Shown here: in pieces, positions 5,477-9,362 of the stretch
Numbering within the stretch: the stretch's first letter is position 1
Layout of the letters: every line of letters begins with the position of its first letter
Source of the DNA: Okeania sp.
GTDB taxonomy: Bacteria > Cyanobacteriota > Cyanobacteriia > Cyanobacteriales > Microcoleaceae
Length of the DNA: 9,362 nt
Direction: 5' to 3'
Assembly: GCF_035285525.1 (NCBI RefSeq)
Contig: NZ_JAYKGW010000024.1
Coordinates: forward strand, 1 to 9,362
The notes under the pieces: generated by a model
Database searches by the model: none
What the model was told of the DNA's origin: nothing
The model's input: only the letters and a program-made list of their open reading frames with translations
Position numbers and translations under genes: made by a program

Positions 5477-7378
5477 TTACTCCACCGTCACCGACTTCGC
5501 TAAGTTCCGTGGTTGATCGACATCCAAACCACGATGAGCAGCAATATGATAAGCTAATAACTGCAAAGGAATCACAGTCAACATCGGTGATAACAACTCA
5601 TCCACCGCTGGCACTGCTAATACATTATCAAACACATCTGCTTCGGTACTTTCAGGTGTCACCCCAATTAACTGTGCATCCCTCGCTTTCGCTTCCTGAG
5701 CATTAGAAAGCACTTTTTCATAAACTAAACCAGGCATAGCGATCGCTACCACCGGAACTTTATCATCTAACAAAGCTATCGGACCATGTTTCATCTCACC
5801 TGCGGGATATCCTTCGGCATGAATATAACTAATTTCTTTCAGTTTTAAAGCACCTTCTAAAGCAATTGGATAATTAATTCCTCTGCCGATAAAGATAAAA
5901 TCTTGAGTATCATTAAAGTGGTGAGCAAAACCTTCTATTTGACTATCTTGAGTTTCTAACATTTGTTCCATTTGGGCGGGAATTTTTTGTAAACCATTAA
6001 TAATTTCGGCAATTTTTTCCCCAGATAAACATTGTCTTTGCCAGCCTAATTCTATGGCTAAAAAATAAAAAGACATTACTTGAGCTAGAAAAGTTTTAGT
6101 TGCTGCTACCCCAATTTCAATACCTGCTTTAATATCAATAACTTGATGAACCAAATTATGAATAGAACTTTCGGTTCGATTCGTAATTCCTAACAATCTT
6201 GACTTAAACTCATCACTTTTATCTAAACGGCGCTGTTGTTCCATTGACAAAGCTGCTAAAGTATCAGCAGTTTCTCCAGACTGAGTAACACCAATTGTTA
6301 AAGTATTTTTTCTAATTGGAGCAGGAGCATAACGAGCTTCCGAAGCATAATTTACGGTAGTAGAAATTCCAGTTAACTGTTCTAATAAATATTTCCCAAT
6401 TAAACTAGCGTGCCAACTCGTACCACAAGCAAAAATTTCCACCTGTTCCAAATCTTTATATAGAGACGGTAACAAGTTTAAACTCGTCGGAGAAACCCGA
6501 TTATTTTTAACATCCCAATCACTATTAATATAAGCTTCTAAACAATTCCTGATCACATTCGGTTGCTCATATATTTCTTTGAGCATAAAATGTTTAAAAA
6601 TATGTTTCTCAACTAAAGTCGGACTCCAGTTCAAAATCCGAGGAAACTTATTCAAGCGATCGCCATCAAAATTATAAACCTCTACTCCCAGAGGAGTTAA
6701 ACGCGCCATTTCACCATTCTCTAAACTGAGGACAACTTGAGTATGAGAAACCAAAGCCGGAGTATCCGAAGCACAGAAAAATTCTCCTTGCCCAAAACCG
6801 ATAGATATCGGTGCTTGTTGTCTAGCCACAATAATTTCATTCGGATAATCTGCACAAACAACAGCGATCGCAAACGCCCCATCCAACTTCCTCAAACTTT
6901 GACGCACTGCTTCCAAAAGACTTTCTCTGTTTCCCGTTCCCCCTTTCCCATTTTTGGCAAAATTAGACAAAAATTCAGCAATTAAATGAGGAATAACTTC
7001 CGTATCGGTATCAGAAACAAACTCATGCCCCTGACTTTGCAACTCCTTCCGTAACTCTCGATAATTTTCGACGATACCATTTTGGACCACCGCCACTCGC
7101 CCTGTATTATCACTGTGAGGATGAGCATTATACTCTTCCGGTTTACCATGAGTTGCCCAACGAGTATGACCAATCCCAACATTAGCCAACATTTCCACTC
7201 CTGCCAATTTTTCTCGTAAATTGTACAGTTTACCCTTAGCTCGAACCGAATTAATTTGGCCATCACAAATAGTGGCCAATCCAGCCGAATCATAACCCCG
7301 ATATTCTAGTTTTTCTAATCCAGATAATAAAATTTCTGTAGCTGACTGAGTGCCAATATAACCAACAATTCCACACAT
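5477..7378 (-). CDS. glmS: Glutamine--fructose-6-phosphate aminotransferase (isomerizing)
   Basis: 633 aa. It starts MCGIVGYIG (N-terminal nucleophile Cys2), contains GHTRWATHG and two SIS domains (GTSWHA, SQSGETADT), and ends in the canonical LAKSVTVE. GGAG lies upstream of the ATG. Confidence 0.97.
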   Translation of the reverse strand: MCGIVGYIGTQSATEILLSGLEKLEYRGYDSAGLATICDGQINSVRAKGKLYNLREKLAGVEMLANVGIGHTRWATHGKPEEYNAHPHSDNTGRVAVVQNGIVENYRELRKELQSQGHEFVSDTDTEVIPHLIAEFLSNFAKNGKGGTGNRESLLEAVRQSLRKLDGAFAIAVVCADYPNEIIVARQQAPISIGFGQGEFFCASDTPALVSHTQVVLSLENGEMARLTPLGVEVYNFDGDRLNKFPRILNWSPTLVEKHIFKHFMLKEIYEQPNVIRNCLEAYINSDWDVKNNRVSPTSLNLLPSLYKDLEQVEIFACGTSWHASLIGKYLLEQLTGISTTVNYASEARYAPAPIRKNTLTIGVTQSGETADTLAALSMEQQRRLDKSDEFKSRLLGITNRTESSIHNLVHQVIDIKAGIEIGVAATKTFLAQVMSFYFLAIELGWQRQCLSGEKIAEIINGLQKIPAQMEQMLETQDSQIEGFAHHFNDTQDFIFIGRGINYPIALEGALKLKEISYIHAEGYPAGEMKHGPIALLDDKVPVVAIAMPGLVYEKVLSNAQEAKARDAQLIGVTPESTEADVFDNVLAVPAVDELLSPMLTVIPLQLLAYHIAAHRGLDVDQPRNLAKSVTVE

Positions 7379-7451
7379 TTTATTTTTTACTCCTAATAAC
7401 TTTTAAAATGACTATAGCGTTTTCTATTTTAAATGCGGAAATAGAATCCTA

Positions 7452-7769
7452 TTAAAAAGGGAATAGGAAATAGGGAATAGGGGATAGAGAACAGGGAGGA
7501 AAAAAGTATTTTTGCAAATATGAACAGACTCCAGGTACATGAAGTACAGATATAACAATATAGGTTGTGATAAATGATAAGAGAAACCCGGTTTCTTAAA
7601 GAAACCGGGTTTCTGAGTCTACTACTTAAAAAGGGAATAGGAAATAGGGAATAGGGAATAGGAAAAAAGTATTTTTGCAAATATGAACAGACTCCAGGTA
7701 CATGAAGTCAGATATAACAATATAGGTTGTGATAAATAATGAGAGAAACCGGGTTTCTGAGTCTACCAC
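7452..7769. repeat. Tandem duplication in the ccs1-glmS spacer: unit 1 at 7452..7625 (174 nt), unit 2 at 7626..7769 (144 nt)
   Basis: Both units begin TTAAAAAGGGAATAGGAAATAGGGAATAGG (GGGAATA-type heptamers). Both share AAAAAAGTATTTTTGCAAATATGAACAGACTCCAGGTACATGAAGT(A)CAGATATAACAATATAGGTTGTGATAAAT and end GAGAAACCGGGTTTCTGAGTCTAC(T/C)AC. Unit 1 additionally carries extra heptamers and a perfect 15-bp inverted repeat, AGAAACCCGGTTTCT TAA AGAAACCGGGTTTCT (7582..7614). Confidence 0.9.
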
Positions 7770-7786
7770 TCCCTACTCGCGATTAT

Positions 7787-9199
7787 TCAATTTTCACCAA
7801 GTTTAATTTCTTTAGCCAAATCTGGAGAAAATTTCTCTTCAGCACATATATTTCTCTCACCTTCTAATATGTCTAAAATTTCCAAAATTTCTCGTTCAAA
7901 AGCCACATTAGCGCGATTAGTTTTCCCACCAATATAAAGTCGTTCATTTTCTTGCCAAGCCCAAATTTGGGAGTGAGAAACATAACTCATTAATACACTT
8001 AACATTAACAAACCAAAACCTAAATAAACAATAGGAATCCCAGGGTCAGCTTTTATTTGTAAACCTGTACTACCTATAATTTTATCAACAAATAAAGTAA
8101 TGCCATTGACTTCTGTAGACATTCCTTCACGGACACTAGAAACTAATTTACCAGTACCATCATAAATTAATACAGTTCCTTGTAAATCTTTAGCTAATAA
8201 AGATATTCCCTCACTTAAATCTGGTTTTGTAGGAACCCAAGTTCCCCAAATTCTTCCTCCTCCTGCTGTATTTAATTGTGCCATTGGTAAACGAAAAACA
8301 GGGCTTTTATTAACTCTAACTTTAACGGCGGCAATTCCCCAATCTGCTTGATAAATTGTGACTCCATGATAGCGGATGGGTTGATTAACAAATATGGTTT
8401 TTCTATCTACTTCTTCACCACTTTTATCTAATATTGAAAGGTCTGAATAAAACTGGTCAATTGTTCCTTCGGGAGTATAATCAATCCAAAAACGATTGAC
8501 TCCTACTGACCAATCTTTGGGAATTTGTGATTCGGCAAAAATTCCGGCATCGACAATATTTTTAACTTTAAAAGTTTCTCCACTCGCTACTATTTCTTGA
8601 CCGGTAAATCCGGTCATGGAACCGATGATTGAACCTGCTAAAATTATGAGCATACTAGCATGAACTATTATCGGACCGACTTTACCAATAATTCCTTTTC
8701 TGCCATAGAGTTTATCTGTTTCTTTGAATGTCAGATAACCCTTTTTCTGTAATATTTTTTCTAAGGAATCTAAGGAACCTGTTTCTATTTCGGCGCTTAA
8801 TGCTAATTTTTTAAATTGTGATTTTTTATCGAAAAATTTCCATCGTTGAGCAAATTTTAAAGCAGGTAATTGTCTGGTAAATGTGCAGGCGGTTAAACTG
8901 GCTCCGAATAAGATTAATATTGATAAAAACCACCAAGTCCGATAAACATGATCTAATTCTAATAATAAAATTACTTTCCAAGTTAAAAAACCAAATAATG
9001 CTGGTTTTTCTGGATAGTTTTCTTGATAAAAAGGAATTGATTCACCTTGTTCTATGACAGTGCCAGAAATACTACAGATAGCTATGATTAAAAGAAGAGT
9101 GATCGCTAACCGTAAATCAGCTAATATTGGTAATATTTCTTGTTTAAATATTTTGACAGGATTTAGTTTTTTATTTAATTCTGAATTTTGAGTATCCAT
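7787..9199 (-). CDS. ccs1: Cytochrome c biogenesis protein Ccs1/CcsB (ResB family, system II)
   Basis: 470 aa. The N-terminus [26 protein letters not shown], then DHVYRTWWF and [11 protein letters not shown], a large soluble domain, and a C-terminal transmembrane segment followed by SHSQIWAW are characteristic of cyanobacterial and plastid Ccs1. Confidence 0.93.
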   Translation of the reverse strand: MDTQNSELNKKLNPVKIFKQEILPILADLRLAITLLLIIAICSISGTVIEQGESIPFYQENYPEKPALFGFLTWKVILLLELDHVYRTWWFLSILILFGASLTACTFTRQLPALKFAQRWKFFDKKSQFKKLALSAEIETGSLDSLEKILQKKGYLTFKETDKLYGRKGIIGKVGPIIVHASMLIILAGSIIGSMTGFTGQEIVASGETFKVKNIVDAGIFAESQIPKDWSVGVNRFWIDYTPEGTIDQFYSDLSILDKSGEEVDRKTIFVNQPIRYHGVTIYQADWGIAAVKVRVNKSPVFRLPMAQLNTAGGGRIWGTWVPTKPDLSEGISLLAKDLQGTVLIYDGTGKLVSSVREGMSTEVNGITLFVDKIIGSTGLQIKADPGIPIVYLGFGLLMLSVLMSYVSHSQIWAWQENERLYIGGKTNRANVAFEREILEILDILEGERNICAEEKFSPDLAKEIKLGEN

Positions 9200-9362
9200 T
9201 TATTTAGTTCTTATTAGTTTCAACAATTTTTTCGTAGTAATTATAGATATAGTAATTTTCAATGATTTGTGAAAAAAACAGTAGAGGTTTGGGAGACCAA
9301 CCCAGAACTATTTCATTCTATAATCAAGTGATAATTTGACTATCTTTTAGAGATTCGTTGAT

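Noticed and set aside
5509-7293. Three ORFs inside the glmS locus: 5509..5706 (+), 6737..6985 (+) and 6982..7293 (-)
   Set aside because: All overlap the unambiguous glmS reading frame, either in another frame or on the opposite strand. They are shadow ORFs.
7379-7451. glmS ribozyme/riboswitch in the glmS 5' region
   Set aside because: The conserved ribozyme core is not visible in the minus-strand leader. That element is characteristic of Gram-positive bacteria, not cyanobacteria. Only an AT-rich 8-bp hairpin (7422..7446) is present.
7429-7680. 83-aa minus-strand ORF (FPIPYSLFPIPF...)
   Set aside because: It is a translation artefact of the GGGAATA-type heptamers and the tandem duplication. 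The peptide is repetitive and the ORF spans two repeat units.
9272-9303. Imperfect hairpin (GGTTTGG/CCAACCC) plus an A7/T7 run as a minus-strand terminator upstream of ccs1
   Set aside because: The stem has a mismatch and lies 7 nt from the T-run, which is too weak to call. The same applies to a minus-strand TATAAT at 9245..9240 as the ccs1 promoter, given the AT-rich background.

Overview
The window is AT-rich DNA with six copies of the HIP1 octamer GCGATCGC (198, 3097, 4031, 5739, 6656, 6864), which points to a cyanobacterium. Low coding density, many pseudogenes and a group II intron are what is described for Trichodesmium-like filamentous genomes; that attribution is inference only. Four genes are confident. 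The 3' exon of an HI0933/BaiN-type flavoprotein gene (to 940, +) is preceded by the 3' end of a group II intron, with a textbook domain V at 50..84. glmS lies at 5477..7378 (-). The cytochrome c biogenesis gene ccs1/ccsB lies at 7787..9199 (-). An NYN (LabA-like) nuclease-domain protein lies at 1586..2692 (+). Its C-terminal OST-HTH/LOTUS-like region continues into a second LOTUS-like ORF (2689..3015) in the -1 frame, directly across an A10 homopolymer. Between the flavoprotein gene and glmS (about 941..5476) is a gene-poor accessory stretch holding decayed or orphan conflict-system parts. These are a Phd/YefM-like antitoxin remnant, a HigB-like toxin remnant, and a translationally coupled pair made of an 83-codon ORF with no canonical start plus a 142-aa immunity-like ORF. 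It also holds a solitary 37-nt CRISPR repeat ending ATTGAAAC with two truncated copies, and a disrupted roughly 159-codon gene. Other structure includes a C-tract (a G-quadruplex motif on the opposite strand) upstream of the NYN gene and a 174/144-nt tandem duplication between ccs1 and glmS. I see no complete, clearly novel multi-gene system. The most interesting candidates are the split NYN-LOTUS locus, the orphan coupled pair and the solo CRISPR repeat. All family assignments come from motif recognition by eye and need HMM or BLAST confirmation.
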